Assembly (NCBI GenBank): GCA_963847185.1 | Contig: CAWJYV010000007.1 | Span: 864,001-928,000 of the forward strand | DNA length: 64,000 nt | Origin: an uncultured Methanosarcinaceae archaeon | GTDB taxonomy: Archaea; Halobacteriota; Methanosarcinia; Methanosarcinales; Methanosarcinaceae | Direction: 5' to 3' | Part shown: in pieces, positions 41,859 through 52,784 of the stretch | How positions within the stretch are numbered: the first letter of the stretch is position 1 | Layout: each line of letters starts with the position of its first letter | Made by a program: the position numbers and the translations under genes | The notes under the pieces: model-generated | Database searches by the model: none | What the model was told of the DNA's origin: nothing | The model's input: only the letters and a program-made list of their open reading frames with translations

Positions 41859-43295
41859 ATGAAAATTAGTGAAGATGAAGATATTATTTCTACCGGTGAT
41901 GTAGGAAAGAAAGAAACTTATGGTATAAAAACACTGACAGGAGATCCTAAAACTGCGATAGTGAAACTGTCAATTCCAATGGTCATTGCAATGTCAGTGC
42001 AGACAATCTATAGTCTGGTTGATACTTACTGGGTTTCCTGGCTTGGATCGGATGCCCTTGCAGCAATGGGCTTCGTGTTTCCGTTTTTCTTCATAAGCAT
42101 GGCTTTATCCAACGGATTAGGTATAGGAGGGGGAGCTGCAATCTCCCGCATGATAGGAGCCAGGAATAAAACAGGTGCAGATAATGTAGCGGTACACACG
42201 ATAATTATAATGACATTGCTTTCAATTTTATTTACAATTCCTTTTTATGTCTTTGCGCCTCAAATCTTTACTCTTGCAGGAGCTGGAAAAACTACAGGCC
42301 TTGCAGTAGCGTATGCTAGGGCTATTTTCCTTGGAAGCTTTATAATCTTCTTTTCCAACGTGGCCAATTCAATTCTCCGAGCCGAGGGAGATTCAAAGAG
42401 AGCTATGAAAGCTATGATTATAGGGGGACTCCTCAACATTGTCCTTGATCCTATATTCATTTTCACTTTGAAGATGGGAATTGCAGGTGCAGCCTGGGCA
42501 ACTGTTCTTTCCATAGCTATAAGTTCTCTTATGATGGCTAACTGGCTGTTCTTCAGAAAAGATACTTATGTTACCTTTGATTTCAAGAATTTTCGCTTTG
42601 AAAAGAATATTATAAAAGAGATCGTACAGGTATCGTTTCCAGCTTCAGCCCAGCAGCTTTCAATGTCTCTTTCAATGATATTCCTGAATTCTATTATTGT
42701 ACTTGTAAGCAACACTGATGGAGTTGCCGTATATGCTACGGGATGGAGAGTGGCTACAATTGCAATGGCTCCTCTTATGGGAATCTCAACTGCTGTAATT
42801 TCCGTAACTGGAGCTGCAATAGGAGCTCATGATTATTTGAAAGCAAAAGAAGCCCTTTCTTATTCAACTAAACTTGGATTTCTTTTAGAGTGCGGAATAG
42901 GAGTTTTTATGTTTATCTTTGCAACGCAAATAGCTTCTGTATTTACGCAATCTGGAGGAGGAGCTCATATAACAGCTGATCTTGCTTATTTTCTGAGATT
43001 AATGTGCCTGTTTTACCCAGCAGTTGCACTAGGTTTTTTCTCATCTTCATTCTTCCAGGGAGCAGGCAAGGGCATGAATTCTCTAATTGCAACCCTTCTA
43101 AGAACTATTGTTTTTACTCCTGTCTTTGCAGCACTCCTTGCCTTCACTTTTAATATGGGACAGGAAGGAGCATGGTGGGGAATAGTTATAGGCAATGGAC
43201 TAGGCTCTTTATTGATGTATATCTGGGCAATATATTTCTTGAGAGCGCTTTTAAGAACAAAACATGTTACAAAGATTGAAGGAGCTTCAGCCTGA
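41859..43295 (+). CDS. MATE family efflux transporter
   Basis: 'KLSIPMVIAM..YSLVDTYWV..LG..ALAA', 'LRAEGDSK', 'NIVLDPIFI..GIAGAAWAT'. Confidence 0.93.
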   Translation: MKISEDEDIISTGDVGKKETYGIKTLTGDPKTAIVKLSIPMVIAMSVQTIYSLVDTYWVSWLGSDALAAMGFVFPFFFISMALSNGLGIGGGAAISRMIGARNKTGADNVAVHTIIIMTLLSILFTIPFYVFAPQIFTLAGAGKTTGLAVAYARAIFLGSFIIFFSNVANSILRAEGDSKRAMKAMIIGGLLNIVLDPIFIFTLKMGIAGAAWATVLSIAISSLMMANWLFFRKDTYVTFDFKNFRFEKNIIKEIVQVSFPASAQQLSMSLSMIFLNSIIVLVSNTDGVAVYATGWRVATIAMAPLMGISTAVISVTGAAIGAHDYLKAKEALSYSTKLGFLLECGIGVFMFIFATQIASVFTQSGGGAHITADLAYFLRLMCLFYPAVALGFFSSSFFQGAGKGMNSLIATLLRTIVFTPVFAALLAFTFNMGQEGAWWGIVIGNGLGSLLMYIWAIYFLRALLRTKHVTKIEGASA

Positions 43296-43345
43296 GTAGG
43301 CTGGCTCTTTTTTAATCTCTCTTTCGATCGGCAGGATTTCTTTGT

Positions 43346-44629
43346 CTAATTTTTTTCGATCCAGCTGTGTATAAGTGCCCATAGTTCAGGAGAATTGTAA
43401 TCAAGGGCTATGCTACCATGCCCCTGGGAATTCCAGTTTATGGTAGTAATCCTCTCATTTTTCCGGCCTACTTCTTTTTTGTACCACCATGAACCATAGT
43501 CACTAAAACCTCCTCCAAGGCCTATGTAAAGGACAGGAGAATCTATTTTTGAAAAATCGATCTCAAAACCATCTACATTTCCCATCAGGCCTGCCATGTA
43601 CTGATCCAGATACTTTGGAGAATAAGGAACTGCTCCCCCGGTCAATGTCAAATTGAGTAATCTGTTTTCGTCAACATAATAAAGACCGTTCAGATCCCCA
43701 CTCCAATAGTGGTAATCCGGAGTATAAGGATACTTGTTAAATGTATGAGTCTGGCTAGCTATCAGCCTGAAAAATTGTCTGTTTGTAAAGTTGGGTTGAA
43801 TAGAAGACTTTCCTTCAGGATCTGCTAAAGCAAGATTAGCTATTTGCATCATAATACCCATATTAGTAGCATTATATGCTCCGCTTTCTATGCTTTTAGA
43901 AGTAAGGTAAAATTCCTGTGCTTGTGCTTCTATCAATTCAGAATATTTAGGATCATATTTAATGATAATATCAACAGGCACTATTCTCTCAAGAGAACCT
44001 AAAGAAAAATCCGTGTATTCGCTGGCCTCATATGCAGTAAGGATCAATGCTCCATGACTATGGCCGATTGCTGTAGTCTCTATATTTTCTTCAGGCTTAT
44101 TGCTTAAGAAAGCTGTGTGATATCTTGATACAATTATACCTTTGTACATGTCACTAAGATGCTCATCAATGGTCCATTTTTCCATATAACTGAAATCTGT
44201 TTCATTTGCCGGAATATTTGTCTCTCTTCTGTCCAGTATATATGTACTGTATCCCTGTTGAGCATAGTATATAGCCATATCAGAATAGAAACCCTCTGTT
44301 AAAGCCTGCCCTGGGAGAATTATCAAATTCTTCTCTACGTCCGTTTTCCAGGGACTTTTCTCCTTCACATAGTTAGTAAGTACAATGTAATCATATTCTT
44401 CAGAACCGACACTTATTTTAAGTGTATACTTAGCTACATCACCGCATACAATGCCTGCTCTGCTTCTTTCTGTTGAGGGAAAATATAAGTCTGATATTCT
44501 AAATGAAGTGTGGTCGTATAAAATCCCTGAACTCTTGAATGGATTGCTCAGGATTTCCATATTCTTCTCTGGGTTGACATCTACTAATGATATTTGCGTT
44601 TTCACTTTCTCACCTTGTGAGATTCTCAA
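43346..44629 (-). CDS. Alpha/beta-hydrolase-fold protein; N-terminus probably degraded
   Basis: Nucleophile elbow 'IGHSHGA', 'YYAQQGYSTYILDRR', late His 'QGHG'; upstream sequence has hydrophobic coding fragments broken by stops. Confidence 0.65.
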   Translation of the reverse strand: MRISQGEKVKTQISLVDVNPEKNMEILSNPFKSSGILYDHTSFRISDLYFPSTERSRAGIVCGDVAKYTLKISVGSEEYDYIVLTNYVKEKSPWKTDVEKNLIILPGQALTEGFYSDMAIYYAQQGYSTYILDRRETNIPANETDFSYMEKWTIDEHLSDMYKGIIVSRYHTAFLSNKPEENIETTAIGHSHGALILTAYEASEYTDFSLGSLERIVPVDIIIKYDPKYSELIEAQAQEFYLTSKSIESGAYNATNMGIMMQIANLALADPEGKSSIQPNFTNRQFFRLIASQTHTFNKYPYTPDYHYWSGDLNGLYYVDENRLLNLTLTGGAVPYSPKYLDQYMAGLMGNVDGFEIDFSKIDSPVLYIGLGGGFSDYGSWWYKKEVGRKNERITTINWNSQGHGSIALDYNSPELWALIHSWIEKN

Positions 44630-45073
44630 ATCCTATTCTGTATTTGAGGATCTAACTTTTTCATGTATCATCAGTTAATTTTCCCGTTTTGTCATCGTTA
44701 GTTTTCCCGTATTAATATATCAGTTAATGAAGTGTAAAATAGTAAAAAATAAACCTATAGGCTAAAAACAGAGAAATTATGAGTTAACAACCCAAAAATC
44801 TTTGATCAATAGGGACTATCTTATTCATGATATGACAGGAGATTTTCAGTTCTCATACCTCTGCTTTGAAAATATTACCCGTCAATTAGTACTCAACTCT
44901 CTAAATATAAAGATTGCCATTTGACATTTCATATCTCATTTATTATAATGTTTACTTATTCCAGTCAATAAAAGGAAAATTTTTCCTTATATATGGACTT
45001 CCAGATTTTTAATATTATATTTCGCAAAATTATTGTATATGAAGTGTAATACCTCTAGGAGGAGGTACTGAAC

Positions 45074-45763
45074 TTGAAAAAATATTTATCCATATTTCTG
45101 ATGTCAGTTCTTGTTTTTGGAGCTCTTTTCTCTATCATTGTTTCAGGAGCAGAAGGAAACATAACATCAAATAAATCTACTTTAGAAAATAAATCTTGTC
45201 CAGCCAATGTAACCAAAACCTCAGAAGAAATTCCTGTATCTGAGCAGAAGTTCAGGACAGGTCCTACTGTAATTCTCAGGCCGGTTAATGATGTCATTAC
45301 CGCAAACGAAGATGGACTTGTTGAACTTTATATAGATAATCCATCCCTTAATGATGTGACTCTTAATGTAGATGCAAGAATCAGTGTTCCCTCTGGAATC
45401 CATGTCTATGGAGAGGGCTTTGGCCAGGCTGGTGCAGCAGGTACGGTTTATGGTACATTTTCCGTACCTTCTGGAAGCGCCCGCACAATCTACATTAACA
45501 TCAAGGGAGAAAATGTAGGCTCGTATACCGTTCATTTCAGCGGTCTTTACTGGCCTGGAGATAATAAAGATAATTACAATCCAATTTCACTTTCCCACCC
45601 ATTTGAAGTTAAAGAACCTTCCTCAAGTCCTGATGAAGCTCCTGCTTCAAACAAAACCACAGGAGTACAGGCCGAAGGAAAGGGCTCATTTAGTGTTCCA
45701 GGATTTGGAGTGTTGATTGCAGCTACAGGACTGTTGGCAGTTTATATTACCAGAAGAAAGTAA
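45074..45763 (+). CDS. PGF-CTERM surface protein, type A copy 1
   Basis: GGAGG RBS, signal peptide, beta-rich domain 'KFRTGPTVILRPVND...YWPGDNKDNYNPISL', C-terminal 'VPGFGVLIAATGLLAVYITRRK'. Confidence 0.88.
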   Translation: MKKYLSIFLMSVLVFGALFSIIVSGAEGNITSNKSTLENKSCPANVTKTSEEIPVSEQKFRTGPTVILRPVNDVITANEDGLVELYIDNPSLNDVTLNVDARISVPSGIHVYGEGFGQAGAAGTVYGTFSVPSGSARTIYINIKGENVGSYTVHFSGLYWPGDNKDNYNPISLSHPFEVKEPSSSPDEAPASNKTTGVQAEGKGSFSVPGFGVLIAATGLLAVYITRRK

Positions 45764-45897
45764 TCGGATCAAAAAGGAGATTAATACAATTTTGAAGGGA
45801 GAAATCCCTCATATTTTTTCCCTTTTTGGTTAATAAGCTGCAGAAATGCGTCTAATGCAGAGGTACTTCCCTAAAGTTAAAATTGGGCCTTTTCAAT

Positions 45898-46059
45898 TTC
45901 GGGGAAGATATTGAAAATGCAGAAGATTACGCACTTGACCTTTCTATCAAGGTGAAAGCTGAATCAGATTCCCCAGAAACTCCAATTCCCGGATTTAGTG
46001 TAGTAAATATGATTTCCGTATTAATGGGAGCCTTCCTCTTAAAAAGGAGAAGTTTCTAA
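45898..46059 (+). pseudogene. 3' remnant of a type B PGF-CTERM gene
   Basis: FGEDIENAEDYALDLSIKVKAESDSPETPIPGFSVVNMISVLMGAFLLKRRSF* aligns with the C-terminus of 47499..48404. Confidence 0.8.
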
Positions 46060-46478
46060 CATAAAAGGAAAAATCTCTGATATACTATAAACTTATTTTT
46101 CCAGTTGAATATGTAGGGACTACGTTTTAAAAAGTGTAAGTCCTGTTTTTTGAGAAATTTTGCTTAAAAATTATTTCTGAAACTTTTTAAATTTATTCCA
46201 GAGACGGTTTACTACATAGAAAATGCTAAGGACAAAATTGTTAACATTTTTTAATAGCACAAAAGTCATACTTTTCATATTAAATTATTGTGTCATGTAT
46301 GGAGGTTTTCTCCAATATATCACATACCGTAGATGAAAGTGAAATAAACCAAAATACTTAATACCTGTTGGGAAGTATCGGTCTAGAGTACATTGCATAT
46401 GATAACAATCAAAATTTAATTTTTGAAGCTATTTTCAAAAAACCAGCCGGTAATTCAATACCCCTGGAGGTATCAAAG

Positions 46479-47303
46479 TTGAAAAGCTATTTATCTATAG
46501 TTTTGGTGTCAATTCTTGTTTTTGGGACTGTCTTCTCATGTACTGGAGGAGCAGAAGAAAACCCACTAGCAAATGAAGCGGCATCAAAGATCTTAAAATA
46601 CAGTGAATCTGCCAATCAATCTGCGAATCAATCCGTTAATAAATCTATCAATCAATCCGTTAATAAATCCGTCAATCAATCTATTAACAAATCCGCCAAT
46701 CTATCGGCCGACAAATCTTCATTAAAAAACGAGTCTTATTCAGCCAATGTAACTGGAAATACTGAAGGAGTGCCTTTAACTGAACAGAAGTTCAGGGTAG
46801 GTCCTACTGTAGTTCTCAGACCTGTTAACGATGTCATAACTGAAAATGAAGATGGGCTTATTGAACTATATATCGATAATCCTTCACTTAATGATGTGAC
46901 TCTGAATGTAGATGCAAGAATCAGTGTTCCCTCCGGGATTCATGTCTATGGACAGGGCTTTGGTCAAACAGGGGCAGCGGGTACTGTCTATGGCACATTT
47001 TCCGTTCCTCCCGGAACTGCCCGGACAATTTATATCGATATCAAGGGAGAAAAAGTAGGCAGCTCTACTGTTCACTTTAGTGGCATGTACTGGCCAGGAG
47101 ATAACAAGGACAATTACAACCCGATTTCACTCACTCATCCATTTGAAATCAAAGAACCTTCAACAAATCCTGAGGAAACCCCTGATTTTGATAAAGTCAC
47201 CGGTGTAAATGCCGAAGCAGAGGGTTCAGTTAGTGCTCCAGGTTTTGGAGTATTAATTGCAGCTATAGGCCTGCTAGGAGTTTACATTGCCAGAAGAAAG
47301 TAA
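46479..47303 (+). CDS. PGF-CTERM surface protein, type A copy 2, with N-X-S repeat linker
   Basis: GGAGG RBS before TTG 46479; domain near-identical to 45074..45763; 'APGFGVLIAAIGLLGVYIARRK'. Confidence 0.88.
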   Translation: MKSYLSIVLVSILVFGTVFSCTGGAEENPLANEAASKILKYSESANQSANQSVNKSINQSVNKSVNQSINKSANLSADKSSLKNESYSANVTGNTEGVPLTEQKFRVGPTVVLRPVNDVITENEDGLIELYIDNPSLNDVTLNVDARISVPSGIHVYGQGFGQTGAAGTVYGTFSVPPGTARTIYIDIKGEKVGSSTVHFSGMYWPGDNKDNYNPISLTHPFEIKEPSTNPEETPDFDKVTGVNAEAEGSVSAPGFGVLIAAIGLLGVYIARRK

Positions 47304-47498
47304 ACTCGATCAAAAAAGGAGTTCAAGATTATTTTCAAAGAGAAAAACCTCTAATTTTTCTCTTTTTTGTTTTTGACAACTTGTAAAGAAGTACCTATAA
47401 TTTCTAATTATGTGGTTCTAACCACTCTTGATAATGAATAAACATTCGTTTTTGTAGATTTTGACTCTTATAAAGAGCATTTCAAAAAAGGTGCTAGA

Positions 47499-48404
47499 AT
47501 GTCCGGAAGAGAGATTTTGAAGGCTTTAGTAAGTTGCCTCTTAGTAGGCTGTTTTTTAATCGGCAACATTGCGTATGCTTCTGCATCATCATCTGAGGCT
47601 TCAACAAATTCAGATTCTTACGAGAACAAAACAGGGCTCTCAGAAGAAGAATTACAGTCTTCAGAAGAAGCTCAAAATTCAGAAAAAGACTCACAAACCT
47701 CTGGAGATGATGAAAGACAGACCTCAGATAATAAAACGAACTCTTCGGAAAATGCAGAAATACAATCTGCGGAGAAAACAGAAACAAACTCCTCTCAGTA
47801 TCCGGAAACGGGATCTTCGGAGAATACAAAAACAGAAATCACTCAATATAATATAAAACATTCAGAGTACACGAAAATAGAAAACAACCAGTATATACAG
47901 AAAGAATCCGAAAATACAGGCTCGTCTAAGTACTCCAAAGAAGCACCACCTTCCGCAAGTGTCAATCTTCATGGAGAAAAAACGGAAGTTGTTTCCGGGG
48001 AAGATATTCTATTGAAGCTTTCAGCAGTGAACCTGATCACAAAACCTGTTATGCATGTTCAGGTTATTATTATTCCACCGTCTGGAATGATGGTTTCTTC
48101 ATCAGAGTTTGTCCAGTCTGGAGCAGGCCAGTACACAACAACATATGAGCTTGAACCCGGGCAGGGAAGAGATATTGAAGTGAGAATTGAGTCCAATCAG
48201 GTTGGAGATTTCACTGTAGAAGGCAGAGTGGTTTACTATTTTGGTGATGATATCAAAAACGCAGAAGATTATACACTTAAGCTTCCTATAAAGGTTGAAG
48301 CCAAATCTTACACTGCAGACTCTCTGTATAGATCTCTGCCCGGATTTACGCTGGCAGGCCTTGTATTCGTATTAATGAGTGTATATTTCTTAAGAAAAAG
48401 ATAA
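47499..48404 (+). CDS. PGF-CTERM surface protein, type B (Ser/Glu-rich linker + Ig-like domain)
   Basis: Signal peptide, acidic low-complexity stalk, 'PPSASVNLHGEKT...GRVVYYFGDD', 'LPGFTLAGLVFVLMSVYFLRKR'. Confidence 0.85.
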   Translation: MSGREILKALVSCLLVGCFLIGNIAYASASSSEASTNSDSYENKTGLSEEELQSSEEAQNSEKDSQTSGDDERQTSDNKTNSSENAEIQSAEKTETNSSQYPETGSSENTKTEITQYNIKHSEYTKIENNQYIQKESENTGSSKYSKEAPPSASVNLHGEKTEVVSGEDILLKLSAVNLITKPVMHVQVIIIPPSGMMVSSSEFVQSGAGQYTTTYELEPGQGRDIEVRIESNQVGDFTVEGRVVYYFGDDIKNAEDYTLKLPIKVEAKSYTADSLYRSLPGFTLAGLVFVLMSVYFLRKR

Positions 48405-48629
48405 GTTGATACAAATAAATGAAAAAGGAATAGGGTTACTTCATTAATTCATTAATTTTGTTCGCGAATCCAAACGGAGACTAATTTATGACATATGACA
48501 GGGAAAAATGGATATGAAAATCAAGTAAAGAATAAAATGAAGGGAATTCAGGCATGAAATTTCTTTTCGGCCTGAATATCCTGACAATGCTTAATCCAAT
48601 GACTACAGAGTATGCAGAGCCATTTATCT

Positions 48630-50441
48630 TTACATTTCAAACCTTGTCATAACTCCGTGAAGCTCTTCAGGAGGGAGCCTGTAGAACTGGACAAAAGATG
48701 GCGACAGTTTCTTAATTACAGAAAATACTTTCCACACTAAGTTATTGGTAAATATATCTTCTATTCCGTAAAAGATTGTTTTCTCAGAAATTCCATTCTC
48801 TTTCAAAATTTTTTCAACATCGACAATTTCCATATAGCCCATCTTTATTTCAAATAAACTCAATCCTTTTGCCAGTTCCTTTGTGAACGAGCTTTCCACT
48901 CCAAATGGGCTGTCAGATTTGATGATTGAAATGAAAATATTGTTTTCATAAATAATATTATTCTTAAACATTACGTGGGAAATGTATTGGGGAATTCTAT
49001 CTATGTCTCGTGCAAAGAAAAGGGCAGTTCCACTGATTTTATTTTCAGTGGCATATAAACGGTTATATTTTTCAAGGAAATTTTCAGTTCTCATGCGCCT
49101 CATCAACTCATAGAGCCTCTCTTGTCCGGCAGTAAATATCACAATAAGAGAAAAGATAACAGCTGCTATGATAATGGACCAATAACCTCCGTGAGGTATT
49201 TTGTAAGTGTTTGAAAGAAGGAATACTAGATCTATAACTGTTATACCTGCAGCAATAAGGGCCTTTGATGTCTGTTTCCTGTGGTAAAATATTGACGTCA
49301 TCATTATGCCCGTAATCGACATGGTTCCTGTAACCGCCAATCCATATGCAGCTGCAAGGTTTTTGGATTCTCTAAAGGTTAGCATCATAAATAGTACAGC
49401 TATCAGAAGGGCCCAATTTACTGTACTTATATATATCTGTGATTTTAGTATGCCGGATGTATAATCGATTTTTAACATTGGCATTATTCGGGTAGTTATT
49501 CCCTGATATACTATTGAGAACATCCCGCTTATCATAGCCTGCGAAGCTATAATCGTAGCTATGATACTCAGGATAAGGAATGGAATATATATCAGATGTG
49601 CCTGCTGGTTTACCATTTCGAATAATATATTTCTGGAATGGGGATTTCGGATAATAAAGGCTCCCTGTCCTAGATAATTTAAAACAAGTGCTACGAAAAC
49701 AAATCTCCATGCTTTCAAAATAGGCTCTCTTCCCAGATGTCCCATATCTGCATATAGTGCCTCCCCTCCCGTAGCACATAGAATAACTTCGGATAGGACA
49801 AAAAATCCTATAATCCCGTTATCGAGAAGGAATCTTATAGCATAATAAGGATTAATCGCTTTAAGCACGTCTGGTGTATAAAAAATTGAAACAATACCTG
49901 AAAATGAGATAGATACGAACCATAAGATCATTATAGGTCCAAATATCCATGTGATTTTTTCTATTCCCTTGCTCTGAATTGAAAAAAGTGCTATTGCAAT
50001 TGCACCGGCAATAAGAATAATGATGCCTTGTCCTATGTCTTTGAATTCAGGAATTATCTTCAGTCCTTCTACAGCGCTCAATATACTTATGGCTGGCGTA
50101 ATTACTCCGTCTCCCATAAGGAAAGATGTACCTATATAGGCTAATAATGTAACAAAAGTTACGTTTCTACCCGATTTGAGAAGCGGGACAAGTAACTCTT
50201 TTAAGACAATAGTTCCTCCTTCACCTTTTTTACCAAGACTCATGGCAAGCCAGGCGTATTCCATAGTTACAAGTATGATCAATGTCCATATAATTAAAGA
50301 TAAAACTCCTATTACATGATCCTCTGTGGGTCTTGTGAGGAGAAATATAACTGTTAAAGTGTAAATTGGGCTTGTTCCAATATCTCCAAAAACGAGCCCC
50401 AAAGAATTTACAATTCCCCTTAATTCAGCTTTGGAATACAT
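48630..50441 (-). CDS. kup: KUP/HAK/KT potassium transporter
   Basis: 'LGLVFGDIGTSPIY', 'GEGG', 'GDGVITPAISILSAVEG', 'TGGEALYADMGH', 'NYLGQGA', 'AYGLAVTGTM'. Confidence 0.95.
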   Translation of the reverse strand: MYSKAELRGIVNSLGLVFGDIGTSPIYTLTVIFLLTRPTEDHVIGVLSLIIWTLIILVTMEYAWLAMSLGKKGEGGTIVLKELLVPLLKSGRNVTFVTLLAYIGTSFLMGDGVITPAISILSAVEGLKIIPEFKDIGQGIIILIAGAIAIALFSIQSKGIEKITWIFGPIMILWFVSISFSGIVSIFYTPDVLKAINPYYAIRFLLDNGIIGFFVLSEVILCATGGEALYADMGHLGREPILKAWRFVFVALVLNYLGQGAFIIRNPHSRNILFEMVNQQAHLIYIPFLILSIIATIIASQAMISGMFSIVYQGITTRIMPMLKIDYTSGILKSQIYISTVNWALLIAVLFMMLTFRESKNLAAAYGLAVTGTMSITGIMMTSIFYHRKQTSKALIAAGITVIDLVFLLSNTYKIPHGGYWSIIIAAVIFSLIVIFTAGQERLYELMRRMRTENFLEKYNRLYATENKISGTALFFARDIDRIPQYISHVMFKNNIIYENNIFISIIKSDSPFGVESSFTKELAKGLSLFEIKMGYMEIVDVEKILKENGISEKTIFYGIEDIFTNNLVWKVFSVIKKLSPSFVQFYRLPPEELHGVMTRFEM

Positions 50442-50939
50442 TAATATCACCTATTTATTTCAGGAATCTATGGGCAAAAATAAAATATGAGATAAGAAGT
50501 TCTAGGAATTTAATTCCATCGTGATAAACCCTCATTTTTTCTATCCGAAATGGGTGAAAAGGAAATTGGATTTTGCTAATTGCCGACTTCTGACTTTCCG
50601 TTTTCACAAATCTTCCTTCTCTATTTCTTAATTCTCAACTTTAGTTCCAGACAACCAGTGTAATCTTTTCAATAACAATAGATAATTGTGAAAATTACGT
50701 TTTCATATATAAATATCTTGAGCCATGTACATAGAAATCACTAGACCTGTCATTAAGATAATTTGCTGATACATAATTATATAAAAATTTTAATTTTCCG
50801 GATTAAGAAGTTCTGATACAGCTTGTAAATAAAATGTTTTCTTCAGACGTACCCTCTATACTTACTTTACATATAATAATTATTTTGATAGCGAACAGCA
50901 AATTTTCAGCCTCAAATAGGAGAATGTAAAAGCAGAAAG

Positions 50940-52451
50940 ATGCAAAATGTAGATAACAAGTTTAAACGTTTGAAAACGGCGGGAAAAATGAGTAGAAATG
51001 ATACAGAGTCAAGCGGAGAAGTTAAAAATCATAATGTAAACTCGGAGACGAAAAATACAGAACCTCTGGCTTCTCAGAAAGCAACCGAAGGAGTTGACAT
51101 TCTCCTCGGAGACCCTAAAAAAGCTGTTGTCAAACTTTCTATTCCTCTCATAGTTGCAATGTCCGTGCAGACGATCTACAGCCTGACTGACACCTTCTGG
51201 GTTGCAGGCCTCGGTGCAGACGCTCTTGCCGCCATGGGTTTTGCTTTCCCATTTTTCCTTATTCAGATGTCACTTACAGGCGGCCTTGGAATTGGAGGAG
51301 GAGCTGCGATTTCCAGGCGTATAGGGGCCAGGGATAAGGCGGGAGTGGATAACGTTGCAGCGCACACCTTTGTGATTATGCTTATCTTAACAGTTGTCCT
51401 TACGGCTCTCGGACTTGGCTTAGTAAAAGACCTTTTTATATACAGCGGAGCAGGAAATACGACAGAGCTAGGGGTCTCATATTCCAGGGTTATCTTTGCA
51501 GGCAGTTTTGTTTTTTTCTTTACGAACGTTTCAAATTCCATCCTTAGAAGTGAAGGGGACTCTAAGAGGGCTATGCAGTCCATGATCCTGGGCTCCATCC
51601 TGAATGTAGTGCTTGACCCTATTTTCATATATCCCCTGGGGTTAGGAGTAGCAGGAGCGGCCCTGGCAACAGTAATATCTTACGCAGTTTCGGGGCTGTT
51701 GATGTTTTACTGGCTTTTTATCAAGAAAGATACCTATATATCTATCAGATTTCGTTCTTTCAAATTTGACAGAGCAATTGTCAGTGATATCTTCAAAGTC
51801 GGTATACCTTCATCAATTGAACAGGTTGCCCTGGCAATGACTGCTCTTCTCATGAACCTTATCATTGTGAATGTCAGCAACACCGATGGAGTTGCAATCT
51901 ATGCTACAGGCTGGAGAGTTGCAAGTATTGCAGTTACTCCTTTAATAGGAATTTCAATCGCCTTAGTCTCGATTAGCGGGGCTGCCTTCGGGGAAAGGGA
52001 TTTTAAAAAAGCACAGAATGCCCTTATTTATGCAATTAAGATTGGTTTTCTTGTCGAAGCCCTCATAGGTGTTATTGTATTCCTATTTGCTCCCGAAATT
52101 GCAGCTGTTTTTACCCAGGCAGAAACTACCGCCCGTATCGCTCCTGAACTGACAAGGCTCCTGAGAATTATGACCGTCTTCTACCCGGCTGTTGCCTTTG
52201 GAATGCTCTCTGCCTCCCTTTTCCAGGGTGCAGGAAGAGGTACAAGTGCTCTTATTGCTACTCTCCTGAGAAGCCTAGTTCTAACCCCACTTTTTGCTGC
52301 GCTCCTTGCTTATGTATCCGGGTGGGGACTTTCAGGAGTCTGGTGGGGGCTGGTTGCGGGTACGGTAATAGGATCGGTGATTACTTTCCTGTGGGTACGG
52401 ATCTATTTGAGATGTATGATTAGGGTTGGGGAAAAGAGAAGAAAGTGCTGA
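50940..52451 (+). CDS. MATE family efflux transporter (paralog of 41859..43295); alternative start ATG 50988
   Basis: 'GDPKKAVVKLSIP', 'LRSEGDSK', 'NVVLDPIFI', 'NTDGVAIYATGWRV'. Confidence 0.93.
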   Translation: MQNVDNKFKRLKTAGKMSRNDTESSGEVKNHNVNSETKNTEPLASQKATEGVDILLGDPKKAVVKLSIPLIVAMSVQTIYSLTDTFWVAGLGADALAAMGFAFPFFLIQMSLTGGLGIGGGAAISRRIGARDKAGVDNVAAHTFVIMLILTVVLTALGLGLVKDLFIYSGAGNTTELGVSYSRVIFAGSFVFFFTNVSNSILRSEGDSKRAMQSMILGSILNVVLDPIFIYPLGLGVAGAALATVISYAVSGLLMFYWLFIKKDTYISIRFRSFKFDRAIVSDIFKVGIPSSIEQVALAMTALLMNLIIVNVSNTDGVAIYATGWRVASIAVTPLIGISIALVSISGAAFGERDFKKAQNALIYAIKIGFLVEALIGVIVFLFAPEIAAVFTQAETTARIAPELTRLLRIMTVFYPAVAFGMLSASLFQGAGRGTSALIATLLRSLVLTPLFAALLAYVSGWGLSGVWWGLVAGTVIGSVITFLWVRIYLRCMIRVGEKRRKC

Positions 52452-52784
52452 AATAAGAACACTATTCAGACTCCTATGTACGAATAACTTCTTCAGGTTT
52501 TTCCGTTTTCACGGATTCTTAATTTATAATTTTTATAATATGCAGAATATGACCTTTATTATTTCATTCAGTATCGTTTTTCAGAACTCTTGTTTCCAAA
52601 ATTATATCCTTTTTTAAACTCATTTTTGTAATAAAACACCGAAGGTATAGGTTCATTAATTCTTAAATAGGAATCACTTTTTTATGGCATTTTTTGATAA
52701 TGAAGTTCAAAAATGAATTTTGTTCAACTTTCTATCAAAGCTTTTGCTTAAAAATTCAAAATAAATAAGAGTCAAGGTTATAGT

